From Selaginella moellendorffii (Eukaryota; Plantae; Lycopodiophyta), in NCBI RefSeq assembly GCF_000143415.4, contig NW_003314276.1:1137434-1201433 (forward strand): a stretch of 64,000 nt of DNA, written 5' to 3'. Below the pieces are notes generated by a model. The model ran no database searches. It worked only from the letters and a program-made list of their open reading frames with translations, and was not told the origin of the DNA. Both the position numbers and the translations under genes were made by a program. Below, piece after piece: positions 11,492-23,406 of this stretch; the stretch's first letter is position 1; each line of letters opens with the position of its first letter.

Positions 11492-14400
11492 TAATCTTCA
11501 CAATGGTGTAGTACAATGAGAAAGATGATTTTTCTTGCCTAAAAAGCACTATACATCATACATATATTTTAGAGTAGGGAACTTAAGAACAACTAAAAGT
11601 TTTTCAAGATTAATTTGTAAACTTTCATGAGAAACACAGTACCTAAGATAAGTCGTATCCACGAACACAAATAGGCACTTCGATTTAAATCAACTTTTCA
11701 CAATTGATTCAACACCTTACGAACATTATAAATGTGCTCTTCACATGTCCATCACACTAGAAAGTCGCTGGAGCATTGTTCAAACCAAACGGCATCACCA
11801 AAAATTTGTAGAAACAAAAAAGTGTACAAAAATTTATTTTGGGAATATCTTCCTCGGCTATCAACACTTGCTAGTATCCAGAAAGAATATCTAACTTGGT
11901 GAACTAACAACTTCTCCCCAGATGATCGAGAAGATCAGTAATGTGAAGAAGAGGGTACATATTCGGGATCGTTACTTTATTTAACGAGTGATAGTCAATG
12001 CATAAATGAATACTCTTATCAAACTTTATCACAAGATGAGGTTCACATGCTCAAAGACTTTATGACTTTTGACCCTTTTCCAACATGATGTTTGCACATA
12101 AAATTTTGATCTTTTTTGGTGACCAATGACGAACAAAAACTTTGATTAAACAAGCATCTCCAATTGGAATAGGATGACGTGGTGCAATCTTGGCCCCAGA
12201 TGACATGTCAAATTCAAAGAGATCGAGATACTCCTTCATAAGTTGGTCAACTATTGCAACATAAAGACCATCGGAGGAATTGAAAGAGGGAATAAAGGAA
12301 CAAAATAGAAACATAGGAAAATATAATAAAAAGACAAAAATAATGGAAGTAAAGATAGAAGTAAAGGGATGAAAGGGAATAGAAGTGAGAGAAATGGAAA
12401 AATATAAAAATAAGAAGGAGAAACCTCAAAATCATACTTGGCATAATTGCATTCTAATCAATCCATACCAAGGATGAAGTCTAAAGCTTGACTTTATCAC
12501 AATGACTATAACTCAAGTTTGAGATTGCTGATATGCACTCTAGATTTTCCTCATCCCATGCATATATGTGTGTATAACCATTGTCATAAAGAATGAAAAT
12601 TGACTCTATAAATATAGATTGCAAAGTATAGCAATAGGCCAAACAATACCAACAACGCCAATAAATGTAACTAACTTCATCACATGCTTAACAGCGGATA
12701 TCACAATGACAACCATGTCCCCACCTTTGAATTTGGGTAGCAATAACATTAATCTCTATTGGAATAAAACCATCTCCTACAAGAAGTAGAGCTGAAGGAT
12801 GTGCAATAAGTGGAAGAAGTGACATCTTATAATGTTGTACTAAAAAAAGAGCATTATCAAGGGTGGCTAGAGCAAGTGTATGCACAAGTTCTATAAAATC
12901 TTGATAAAGTATTAGCCACAATATTCTTAACTTGATTTACTTTGACATATTTGGCTTCGTAAGAAGCAAGAAGCTTTCGGAAATGAATGTCAAATTGCAT
13001 CATTGACTCAAATGGCCTTTGATAAAAATAATGGGAAGGCATCATCATAATCATTTGCATGTCCAAATATGCATTTGAATGTCTAAAAGAATGCTCCAAT
13101 CCTCATAAGTGGGTACACTTAAACCATTGTATAACTGCAATGCCATCCTTTAGAAACATGTAAGAAACTTACACAAATGTTAAGTATCATCCTAAGAATA
13201 ATATATGGCAATCACCATAAAGTGATCAAATCAATAGTTTACATCATCCTCAAGATTCCCATGGAAGAACTCTAGCTGGATGTGAGGATTGGCAACAAGA
13301 GTAAAAAGAGTTGTACCATATGTTATGAATGCTACTATTAATTGAGTTTAATTGTTCAGTTATAACCATATGGCATCGAATAACTACACCAATTGTTACT
13401 CCAAAGTCAAAAGAGGGGGAGGCTACTACTTTGCCATGATGATGAATGAAAAGGAAAAATCAAAAGAGAAGAAATTGAAAAAGCTAAAGATTAAACAATG
13501 TAAAAGTTAAATCTAAACCAAAATCCCAAATCCAAGCACTTCTCAGAAACAATCAAAATTCCTCTTTTCCTCTAACAATATGAGTGCATAGAATATGGAT
13601 TTTCTCCAAGAACTTTATAGCCTTAGAGAAGAGTAAATGATCCTTGCTTAGCTTAAACAACCAAATATTTTTGGTGGAGTAACCATAATAATAAATGAAA
13701 GAAAGGAAAGCAAATAAAGTGCTTATAATTTTCTATATTCTATACTTTTCTAACATTGCTTATAAACCCAACCCCAAAAAATATTGCAAATTAAATTATT
13801 TCTCTCCTGTACCTCTACCATAAACTGATGAAGTGAGGACTTAGAAAGGACATAGAAAACTAATCTTATAGCTATATTATGATTTTAAATGTAAGGGCTA
13901 AAAAAGTTTATTTCAATTCCAATAACTATGCTTTGAAAGAATCAATGTTATACATGGTTGAAAACCCATATGTGTGGGAGATTGTTACAAAAAAGTGGTA
14001 AAACATAAATAATTTTAAATTTTCCATTTATAGAAATCAACTATATTTTTGCCAAACATTATTCTGAAAATAAATGTAAAATTAGAAAATAATCAAATAT
14101 TTTTGTATAAACAATTATAAGATAGTTTTAATTTCAGTTAATTATTTTTTTTACCATTTTTTTTTGCTTCAGCAAACCTGTAGGGAAGTGGATATACCTA
14201 GAAGATGCTTGGATATTCTAGGATATTCTACCATCTAACGGTTGTTATTCATTTAAATTAATCTTGTATTTATAATTTATAAACATCTTTATAATTTATA
14301 AACTTTCTTAAACACTTTCCAGTATATTTTTTTATTCTAAAATCTAATGGCTGATATGAAATAAGATTAATCTTGTGTTTATAATATATAAATATGTTTA

Positions 14401-14649
14401 TAATTATAAAAATTTTATTTAATAAATTAAATTAATAAATAAAAATAACACTATTATTAAGAAAACTACATGCAACACATAGAAAAATTTTGTGATAGCT
14501 ACCTAAAACCTATACCCTTTGGCAATGGCTGTAAAAAAAAACAAGTGTTATGGTTAAGCTTGAGCATCTTTAGTAAGGAGATATGGTGCTTCCACGACAA
14601 AGATAGCCTTCTTGACAGCCTTGAGGGAGATGGCACAGGCTCCTCTGGA

Positions 14650-15290
14650 GGCAGCAGCCATTGCCAAAGGGTACTACTGTCGACTTCACAGACAAGATGA
14701 GAGCCAACTGCAAAGATTTTCTGCTCAAGAGCATCCCGAGATGCAAATCTAACTATCCTCTGGTGAGGCTCAAGGGGGACTTCCAGCAGCACTACACTGG
14801 ATCACGCGTGGTATGGCTTCAAGAAGCTGGAAACTTTCCTGGACTTTTCTGGAGCTGCTCATAGGCATCTGGACGTGGTCGGGCGGCCAAAAGCTTCTCC
14901 ACATGAAGGAGTTGGAAGATAACAAGATCAAGGGCAAGGACAACATCAAGAACAGGTGCTTCTGTTCTTGACGAGGAGGAGGAGGTTGACAAGGTTGCAA
15001 TGACTCTGGAACCTGAGGAAGAAAAGAAGAAGAAAGAAAAGGCAATGGTGGATGTGAAGAAGTGGAAGAAAGCTACCACGGCTAGCGTCCAGGCAACATG
15101 GAAAGCCCAGGCTCCCGCAAGCAATGCCAAGGCGCAAGGAGTGAACAAGAATAGCAGCAGTGGCAAGCTCAAGATGGGGGGTGGAAAGCTAAGCGTGCAG
15201 CTCCCGCCTTGTTTGAGGCTCTATTTCAGAGAGAATGTGGCTGAGAGTAGCCTCGGTGATGGATTGATTGATTATCATGGTGTGACTTGA
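14650..15290 (+). pseudogene. Frameshifted fragment with OST-HTH/LOTUS-like motif and Lys/Glu-rich tail
   Basis: YPLVRLKGDFQQHY, then a frameshift near 14796 to LDHAWYGFKKLETFLDF. This matches the L..L...F...Y..LD...YGF.KL..FL pattern of OST-HTH domains. Stops follow. Confidence 0.5.
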
Positions 15291-16213
15291 GTTGCCAATT
15301 TTCGTTAGTAGGTGGACTAACGCTGACTACTCAGTCAACGCTATCTCATTACTGTTCTAATAGGCTCATTCTAATGAATTCATTGATGTGCTTATAAGAA
15401 TTAGTGACTAACGTTGACTGCTATAACTACTATAATGTACTACTTACGATAAGAAATGTTATTGAAAGTTTATATTTTTAAAAACAGGAAATTAAATGTT
15501 CCAAAGTGTTTGTTTGAGACTTGCAATATAATCTCCCTATTCAATATCTCTCTGTTGTCTTAATGAAAAATTGTTGTCTTGTTGCCTTGTTTGAGACTTG
15601 CAAATCATAATCTCCTACTTCAAATGCCTCCAGACTTCTCCATCTGTTATAATTTTGATTGAATACCATGGACCTGCCTTTGCCTGTTGCGGTTTAGAAA
15701 AACCGAATTAAATTGTTTCATGAATCTTCATTCTGTGCCTGCAACCTCAAGCGTATCATCATTCCAAAATGACCGAAAAGCATACCTACTTTCGCTCTAA
15801 GCTCCGTCAAGCTCAAGCTTAACCTCCGAGGTGGAAGGCTAGTTCAAGCAGAAGTTATACTTTAACTCGAGGCATGGAGACTGTTTACTTTGGCATCTGA
15901 ATCGTGTACACGAGCAGCCAAATGCGAACCTCCAGAATTGGCTGAGTGATTTGCCTCAACCACAGGCTTCTCCAGATTCTCCACCTCACGGATCCTAAAA
16001 GTGCTCCATTAGTCACTTGTTTTATCTCTCAAACATGAAGACTTACCTTTGGGAGTGCTTGTTGCTGGGCCTCCTCATCCCAAACTCGATGATCCTTTGC
16101 ATGTGCTTCTCCATCTCAGCTCGCTTCTCTGCTGCTGCCGCAAGCCGAACAACGAAAGCATCTCCAGGTTCGAACACAGTGCCACGACAAGACACTGGAT
16201 CCAAAGCCTGTTC

Positions 16214-17704
16214 CTAGGCTCTTCGATCATTGCCGCTCCAACGAGCAGCACTCGACAAGAATGGATCCTCCGGGAGAGAAGCTCTTGGCACCTTCTTGTG
16301 CTCGTCGACTCCGTGGATTGCTGCTGGTGGATCTCGTCCCAATGACGGCATTAGGCGGTCGTCAACCGAATCGGTAGCAGCACCATAGATTGGATTCATC
16401 TTGAGAAAAGCCAAAGGTGGCAGTTGCTTTGGAGGCCTTGCGAGTGGAGGTCTGGCCACCTTTGTGCTGGCATTTAGCTGCGACGGTCGAAGCTGCTGCT
16501 TGCTCCTCTCTTGAACGAAGGAATCGAGCTTGTCCCGGAGCTCTGCGTCCTCAATCTTGCTCAAGGGAACGAGATACTCTCGCTGACTGCCGCTGCTACT
16601 GCCAAGAAGATGGCTGCTCCCGACATAGCGCACCAGGATGTCATTTGCCTTCTTTCTTCTTCCCTTCACGAGTATCCAGATGCCGGTGACGATGGCCACC
16701 ATAGCAAGCAGGAAAAGGACGATGCTTGCTGCAAGCAGCCCCGGTGTCACAAACGCTGCCGCCGCTGCTGCTGCTGCTGATGATGACGACCCCAGAGGTG
16801 AAGCAATAGACAAGGGGCCAGGCGGAGGCGGTGATGAAAACGTGTGAAAGACAGGCAACCCTGGTTGCCATGTTATCGTGTCATGAGCAGGCCTTGGCCA
16901 CCAAGTGGTTGTCCCAGAAGAAGGTGGCAGCCCTGTATGCTCCTTTGCTGGTGGAGGTGGCGGCGGCCCAAACCTCCTTGGTCGCCAAGTGGTTGTCCCG
17001 GAAGAAGGTGGTGGCCCTGTATGCTGCTTTGCTGGTGGAGGTGGGTGCTGCTTTGCTCCTCCTCCGTGGCTGTGCTGCTTTGATCCATGGCTTGTTGGTG
17101 GAGGTGGTGGACTGTGCTAGTGCTGCTTTGCTGCTCCATGGCTTACTGGTGGAGGTGGCAGACTGTGCTAGTGCTGCTTTGCTGCTCCATGGTTTGTTGG
17201 TGGTGGACTGTGCTGGTGCTGCTTTGCTTCTCTGTGGCTTGCTGGTGGAGGTGGTGGACTGTGCGCTCCATGGCTTGTTGGTGGCGGACTGTGCTAGTGC
17301 TGCTTTGCTGCTCCGTGGCTTGCTGGTGGAGGTGGCAGACTGTGCTGGTGCTGCTTTGCTGCTCCGTGGCTTGTTGGTGGAGGTGGTGGTGCTCCATGGC
17401 TGTCCTGCTTTGGAGGTGGTGCTCCTCCATGGCTGTGCTGCTTTGCTGCTCCATGGTGTTGCTCTGTTGGTGCTAGTGGAGGTGCCTGACTGTGGGCACT
17501 GCTGTGAGGTGGCGGAGCTCCTCTCGCCCTCCTTGGCGATGGTTTGGGCAGCGGCATGCTACCTGGAGGTGGCGCTCTCGTTTTGGGCAGTGTCGCCCTC
17601 CTGTGCCCTGGACGAGGCGGATGCACGCTCCTGTACGCAGCTGGAGGCTGCGCCCGACGAGGTGGAGACGATGGCGGCACACTCCAACGGATGATGCTAG
17701 CCAT
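16214..17704 (-). pseudogene. His/Pro/Gln-repeat single-pass membrane protein frame interrupted by three TAG codons
   Basis: ATG 17704 and ORF 16214-16858 share a frame (846 nt apart). Repeats read HGAAKQHQHSPPPP. TM segment LLAASIVLFLLAMVAIVTGIWILV is followed by KGRRKK. In-frame TAG at 17294, 17168 and 17117. Confidence 0.6.
17030..17460. repeat. Imperfect tandem repeat of about 45-51 bp (GACTGTGCT[A/G]GTGCTGCTTTGCTGCTCC[A/G]TGGCTTG..GGTGGAGGTGG)
   Basis: At least five recognisable units seen directly. Confidence 0.85.
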
Positions 17705-18081
17705 ATTTCTTGCTTACTGGATTCGCTTCCGAGAAACCTTTTTTTAGGCCATGAAGGTTTAGTGCATATAAATACCTGGTCTAGATTCGGAAATCTCTTT
17801 CTTTCACTTGCTCATTTGGTTCTTCCCCCCAAAAAAACGGGAAAGGGGAAAGAAGAGCGAGCTCGCTCAGGCTCAATTCTAGGAGGAAGATCAAAGATGA
17901 GAATGTTCCTTCACCATGCTCCATGCATAAGAATTTGATCAAAATCTCACTCTGGAAGCTCACGTTCTTTGAGAATTCTTTTCATTGCGTTTTCACTCTT
18001 CAACGGGCACACAGATCAGGTTGCACATTCGTCCTTATATTGTCTGTAACTCCATAATCGAGTCAAAATGTTTTTATAAGG

Positions 18082-18102
18082 TTTAGGGTTTAGGGTTTAG
18101 GG
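18082..18102 (+). repeat. Interstitial plant telomeric repeat (TTTAGGG)3
   Basis: Three perfect TTTAGGG units. Confidence 0.85.
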
Positions 18103-19591
18103 TTAACCATTTATTATCTGTATTTTATAGTTGAGTGCCCTTGAGTATGTCATACTGTGACTTCTTCTTAGTGTAGTAGAAGTTTTGACTCACTCTTTTG
18201 CTAGATTGAAAGCTTCTTGAATCTTCTAAAACTAAAGGAAACCCATGCAAAGTCATCCAGTGTTCATTGAATAAATCTTGATCTTACTTTGTAAGTAGAT
18301 GTACAATTAAATATCCTAACTACATAAATATAATATATGTCTACTTGACTTCAGTTTTCCTTACGATGAATTTGAAGTCTTATGCCTTTTTCTACATTGC
18401 AAATCTGTAGTCCTTTACTTCTTTTTAGCATATAAAAACAAAAATGGAAAAAAGCTTCAAGTTCTAATTTAATACCCCTTGCTCTAATCCATGTGCTAGA
18501 ATTGTATTTTTGGATCCATCCACTATAAATATACATTGAAGAAAAATGAAGATACACTACTTCATTAAGCTAAAAAGCATCCAAAGCTACTGTTAAACAT
18601 ACGTAAGTGATTAATTTTTCCATTCTACTTTAGTCATTTAACCACACCTCCAACCACTTGAAGGAGTCTTAATCACAACCTCCATAAGTCCAATTCAAGA
18701 TTTGGGGTTTGTTAGCCTTGAGAGTGGCATCCATGCCACTCAACCTTTGCACTTGGTCTAAATGTTCCACATGTCTGATCTCATAACCGACACCCAAAAG
18801 TACCACTTACATATTGGCCCGTTACGCTAAGGCCATATCCATTTACCTTTGCCATACTAGTGGTCCAACACCACTTACCTCATAGTCTCATCTTTCACAG
18901 ACTGGGCTATCCATCCAGTGGTCATTCTAGATTCACTCCATAGCATCCTTAAAATGCCCACAGACATAGGGAATAACCTTCCTCAATATCGCTTTTCCAA
19001 TCCCTATCAAGTCCTTTTCTATCCATGGTTGTATTTGCCGACACTGCCATTGGGTTAAGGTTTATAGGCGCGACCACTAAGTCCCACTGTCCTTTGAGAC
19101 TTCCACACCATGTGACCATAGCCTTGGTCACTACACCAAAGGACTACCCTTCTTTCTTTCCACAATTTGGGATTTTGGGACAACATTTCGGAACACTGTA
19201 GCCCTACACGACCCTCAGGTGTACTCTCCCCACCTTCCGCCTTTGGGTGTTCTAGCCATGGGCTTAGAGCGAGGTTCCGTTGAGCCACGCCAGGTATCTA
19301 AGTAGGTAGTGCCACCTACGCTTAGACTGAGAATATCGACCATTTAATCTCTCGAAGGAACTAGAGCTGACTCTTGAGCAATTCAGCAAGCTACCCCGCA
19401 TGTCAGTCCATATCCACTCTAGCCTTGGACTTCCTAGTGGTTATCCCATCACCCAACACTTGGGTACAGCCTTCTTGGGCCAAACTAACCTTTCCTAGCC
19501 AAACTGGCTCCACTAAAGTCCTCCCCCCTACTATACTTTTGGAGCTCACCAAACCCCACAGATCTGGGAAACGAATGCTTTGGGATTTCAG

Positions 19592-20095
19592 ACTTAGACT
19601 TGGACTCGGACTCGGCCTCAACCTCGGCCTCAGTCTCAGTCCCGGTCCTGATGTTGGTCTCGGTTTTGGTCTCAGTCTTGACCTTAGACTCCATCTCAAG
19701 TCCTTCTCGGACTCCATCTTGGATTCCATTTCGGGTCCATCTTGGACTCCATCTCGGGTCCATCTTGGACTCCATCTCGGGTCCATCTTGGACTCCATCT
19801 CGGGTCCATCTTGGACTCCATCTCGGGTTCATCTCAGACTCCATCTCGGGTCCATCTTGGACTCCATCTCGGGTTCATCTCAGACTCCATCTCGAGTCCA
19901 TCTCGGACTCTATCTCGGACTCCATCTCGGGTCCATCTCGGACTCCATCTCGGGTCCATCTCAGACTCCATCTCGGGTCCATCTTGGACTCCATCTCGGA
20001 TTGCATTTTGGGTCCATCTTGATCCATCTCGGACTCCATCTCAGGTCCATCTCGGACTTCATTTCGGACTCCATCTCGGACTGCATCTCAGGTCC
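19592..20095. repeat. LTR minisatellite (hexamer plus 12/11-bp CCATCTC units)
   Basis: Same units as at 9063-9996. Confidence 0.9.
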
Positions 20096-23000
20096 TCTTG
20101 TGTCCCTTTTCTAGAGACTCTCTTATTGCTTGCTTCATGCTCGTTTCTTGAGCACTTCATCAAGAGTTTCACTCCTGCTCTCGACTTTTCAAGTTGGAAC
20201 TTTTAGTCTAAACGTGTTACGCTCGTTTGGCTTTTGCTTCAGCCACTACCATGTGGCACCTTTTCGGCTCCACTTTGGGGATTAGGGATTTGTGTTTCAC
20301 AACCCACCACCTATAGATAAAGTTTGATGTCCTTATCGAACGATAACCCATTTTATAAAGTAACACTAGTATACATTACCCTTTCCATCCTTGGCATTTA
20401 ACCAATATTTGTCAATGGTTTGACACCAAAGGCTCACCATACCTTCCCCATCTTCTAAGGAGCATAGTCTCTCCAACTTAGAGATTCATTCAACCATTTG
20501 TGGTGGTTCTCTCCTTTTATTGGTTTAGTTCTCACTAAACTTGTTAGAGACATCTTCTTTATCTCAATCCCACTATTCATTCTTGAGTAGTCTCAACTTC
20601 TATTGATATAACCACTTCACTTTGGAACCTTTAATTTTGACTTATCGAAATCAATTTCTTAGGTGTTTCTAACACTTTTTATTGCACATATTGTGCAAAT
20701 TCCACTTCCCCATTCTAGGAAGTTCTCTTATTGAAGGCACTATCATCTTCTTTTCTATTTTGTGCCCCCTCTGGCACTAAGTTCTAGTTATCATAAGTTG
20801 GGCTAAGATTGTTCACGGCTCTATCATTTGGCTACTTTGCCACTCCTTCCCTTGGAGCTTTCACCTTTGCCAACTTAGAACATTTGGGAATCCATCCTTG
20901 GAAACAGACTTCTTTTTCCATAATCCGTTAGCATCTAACACATTAGTGTTCCTCGCTTAACTTTTGCGATTTGGATTATTTCCAATGATTTCTATAGCCC
21001 ACACTTGGCCACTAGTCTTTTGCTCTTATTCTTTGATGGTTGCACCAAATAATATAGGATCACTACCTCTATTTTCGATGTATCATTTTGGTTCTATAGC
21101 AAAGGCTTCATTTTGCCAAGTCCATAAGGTGCTCACCCTTAGTAGGTCTTTTTAGCATTTTCTGCTATAGGCTTTATCGATAGCTCAACTTTTCGACCCT
21201 CCCATGGGTATTTCTTAGAGGCCACTCTCTTGGACTCATTATACCATCCTATTGACATATTAATTTCCTTTTGGTGTCCTTCCCACTTGATCACCTTGAC
21301 CAAGTCACACCATTATCAATAGTTCAAATCAACACTTTGAACTAGGGACTTTCTTCCTTAACTTCACAAGGATCCTATTCTTGTTTAGCCGTAAGATCAT
21401 ATAATGATCTAATCTTGAACCTTAACAGATTTGCCAATATGTACTAGGTCTTTTAGACCCTTTTAAATTGTTAACTATGACCCCGAGGGCATCCCCCACA
21501 CTTGGCAGTGCGCCCAAGCCAGTCCTTCCAGCCAAGGATCCATAGCAACCAAGATCGGGTGTCCCATCTCATTCACCATGTATTTAGTGCCACTTGCACC
21601 AAAATGTTCAAGTTAGATATGCTAAACTTTCACTCTAAACTGTGTATTATGACTCTAGAGCATCTTACATTTAGTAGTGTGCCCAAACCAATCTCCTTAT
21701 TAAGAGTCCATGACCACCAAAATATGAGTGTCCTCATATTCCAAACCATCATTACGCCCTAGTGATTTGTGACTCGAACCCAAGCACTAGAGCGTTGGGA
21801 CTCGAACTCAACCTTCGTATATGCATTTACGGATGGCATCACCCAATATATTTGGCATGACTCCCCATGCTGGTGCATCAATTTATACCTAAAGCGCGTT
21901 CCAAATCACAGCTTAGGAACCTAGTTCCTCTTTATTGTTAAGTCCTCTCACTTGACAAGTTTGTGATCATGCATGGACTCTTCTATGTTTGGCCACATGG
22001 GCCACATTTTTTGAAGTTAGCACCTTCAACTACGGTATTTGTTCCCTTGGCTTGCCAATCTTGCTTAGCAAATTATCTGGCCAACGTAACATGGTTTCAT
22101 ACATAAGTGTGAAAGTCTTTGACTATCGACTTTCATTCAAAGCCATCCCTTTGAACACTCGGGAATAACTTTCCTAACCTTGATAGCCTTGCCTTATGGC
22201 AAGCTTCAAGACCACACTTCTGCTATACCACTCTGATTTCGTGCATTCCATAAACCATTTACATTTGGCCTTCTAGATAGTAAATTATCTAGAATTGTCT
22301 TTGGGAACTTTGAAGGAACTTTGTCCTTTAACTTGCTAAGGCATCTCCTTTTGCAAGCTTTCTAATTGTCATATAGTCTATTATGGATAATTCTATATTT
22401 TAGACTCTTCATGGCATCACGATTTAAGCACTTCCCAACTTATATAACCACCCTTGGTTATGCCTTTTGATTTGTATAGTTTAGTTCTATCCTTTTATTA
22501 TTTTCTTTTTAGCCTCACATGTTTCTTTTGGTTATTCTCTTCCAGTTTAGGAGGATAGCTTTGCACTTTCTACCATGTTTTAACAAGTATTTTTAGAGAT
22601 GAACCTACCTGTTAGCCTAGGGAGTGGTTCCTCAATCTGGGTATGCTTACCTTGTAATCCCACACACTAAAATTAACGTTGCTATTTATGGGCCTTTATA
22701 TGCACATCATTAGCCTTGCCAAAATTCCTTTTTGGCTTTATCCCATTCAGATAAACAGATTTCTCCCGCAACTTTGGACGTTTGGATAGCACCTTTTATC
22801 CATCATTCACTAGGGACTTAGTCCCTTGGACCTTATCTAATGCCCTCATGACACTAAACACCACTTCTTGGTGTTTTAGAGTGTATGGGTGTCCTAATAA
22901 TAGCTTCTTTGACAATGAGGATTCCCTTTATGACATTGACTTACTTTGTTGCAACATAAGCAATTTATCCCTTATAAGGGTATATCTAACTTCCTCATCT

Positions 23001-23212
23001 TAATAAGAAGTTTTAAGTAGTTACCTTCTACCAATTTAACTAATTATTTTGCACTTTTTGTTTAGTTACCTCATAATTGTTAAGTCCTACAACTCATTGC
23101 TAGTGTTTTCACACCTCCATCATTATTTGGGTCACCACACTTCAATCATATGCCTTCCAACTTAGGTTATGCTATTCCCATTTCCATTAGGATTCCTTTA
23201 GGAAGGGGTTCT

Positions 23213-23406
23213 TGTAAGCAACCAAAGGGAACGACTTGAGAGACGATCTATGGGGTTTAAATATAGAAAGATAGGGCCCATGAACAAGAGTCCACCCCCT
23301 TTTCCAATCGATTAAGGGTCTTGGGATATTTGGGGTTAAGTGTCCTTGGGTTTGAATAGTACTGGGCTAGGTGACCTCCTAGGAAGTCCAAACCCAGGAG
23401 TTTATA
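23213..23406 (+). mobile_element. Cassandra-type solo LTR with 5S rRNA-derived Pol III promoter segment; TSD GTTCT
   Basis: TGTAAG...TTATA flanked by GTTCT at 23208-23212 and 23407-23411. 23335-23389 aligns ungapped at 45/55 nt to the recalled plant 5S rRNA segment GTTAAGCGTGCTTGGGCGAGAGTAGTACTAGGATGGGTGACCTCCTGGGAAGTCC. Homologous to the LTRs at 10657 and 11298. Confidence 0.88.

Larger units (their letters stand above)
6365..13400 (-). mobile_element. Degenerate Ty3/gypsy LTR retrotransposon pol (RT, RNase H, integrase remnants), interrupted by two nested insertions
   Basis: Minus-strand translations with many stops. RT-like [15 protein letters not shown] near 11765-11810. RT-RNaseH linker FKELL..IL.Y..PFIL..D..LG.IL.Q..E.NYST at 10370-10618. 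Integrase-like TNAYYP.FDSLVE and YAY...ASPYKL at 7020-7200. Boundaries approximate. Confidence 0.8.

Noticed and set aside
14255-14410. Short AT-rich direct duplication (similar one at 15510-15620)
   Set aside because: Ordinary local duplication in low-complexity DNA.
17117-17296. U-to-C RNA editing rescuing the TAG codons
   Set aside because: Such editing is organellar in plants, and this is nuclear DNA.
16831-17694. 287-aa Leu/Val/Ala/Cys-rich plus-strand ORF as a real membrane protein
   Set aside because: Most simply the antisense shadow of a CCA/CAG/CAC-rich repeat. Kept only as an alternative in the finding.
20400-20470. Chromodomain remnant (RWEG) near the PPT
   Set aside because: A four-residue resemblance only.
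23335-23389. 5S rRNA gene
   Set aside because: Only the internal promoter segment is present, inside a TSD-flanked LTR; the 5S 5' and 3' ends are absent.
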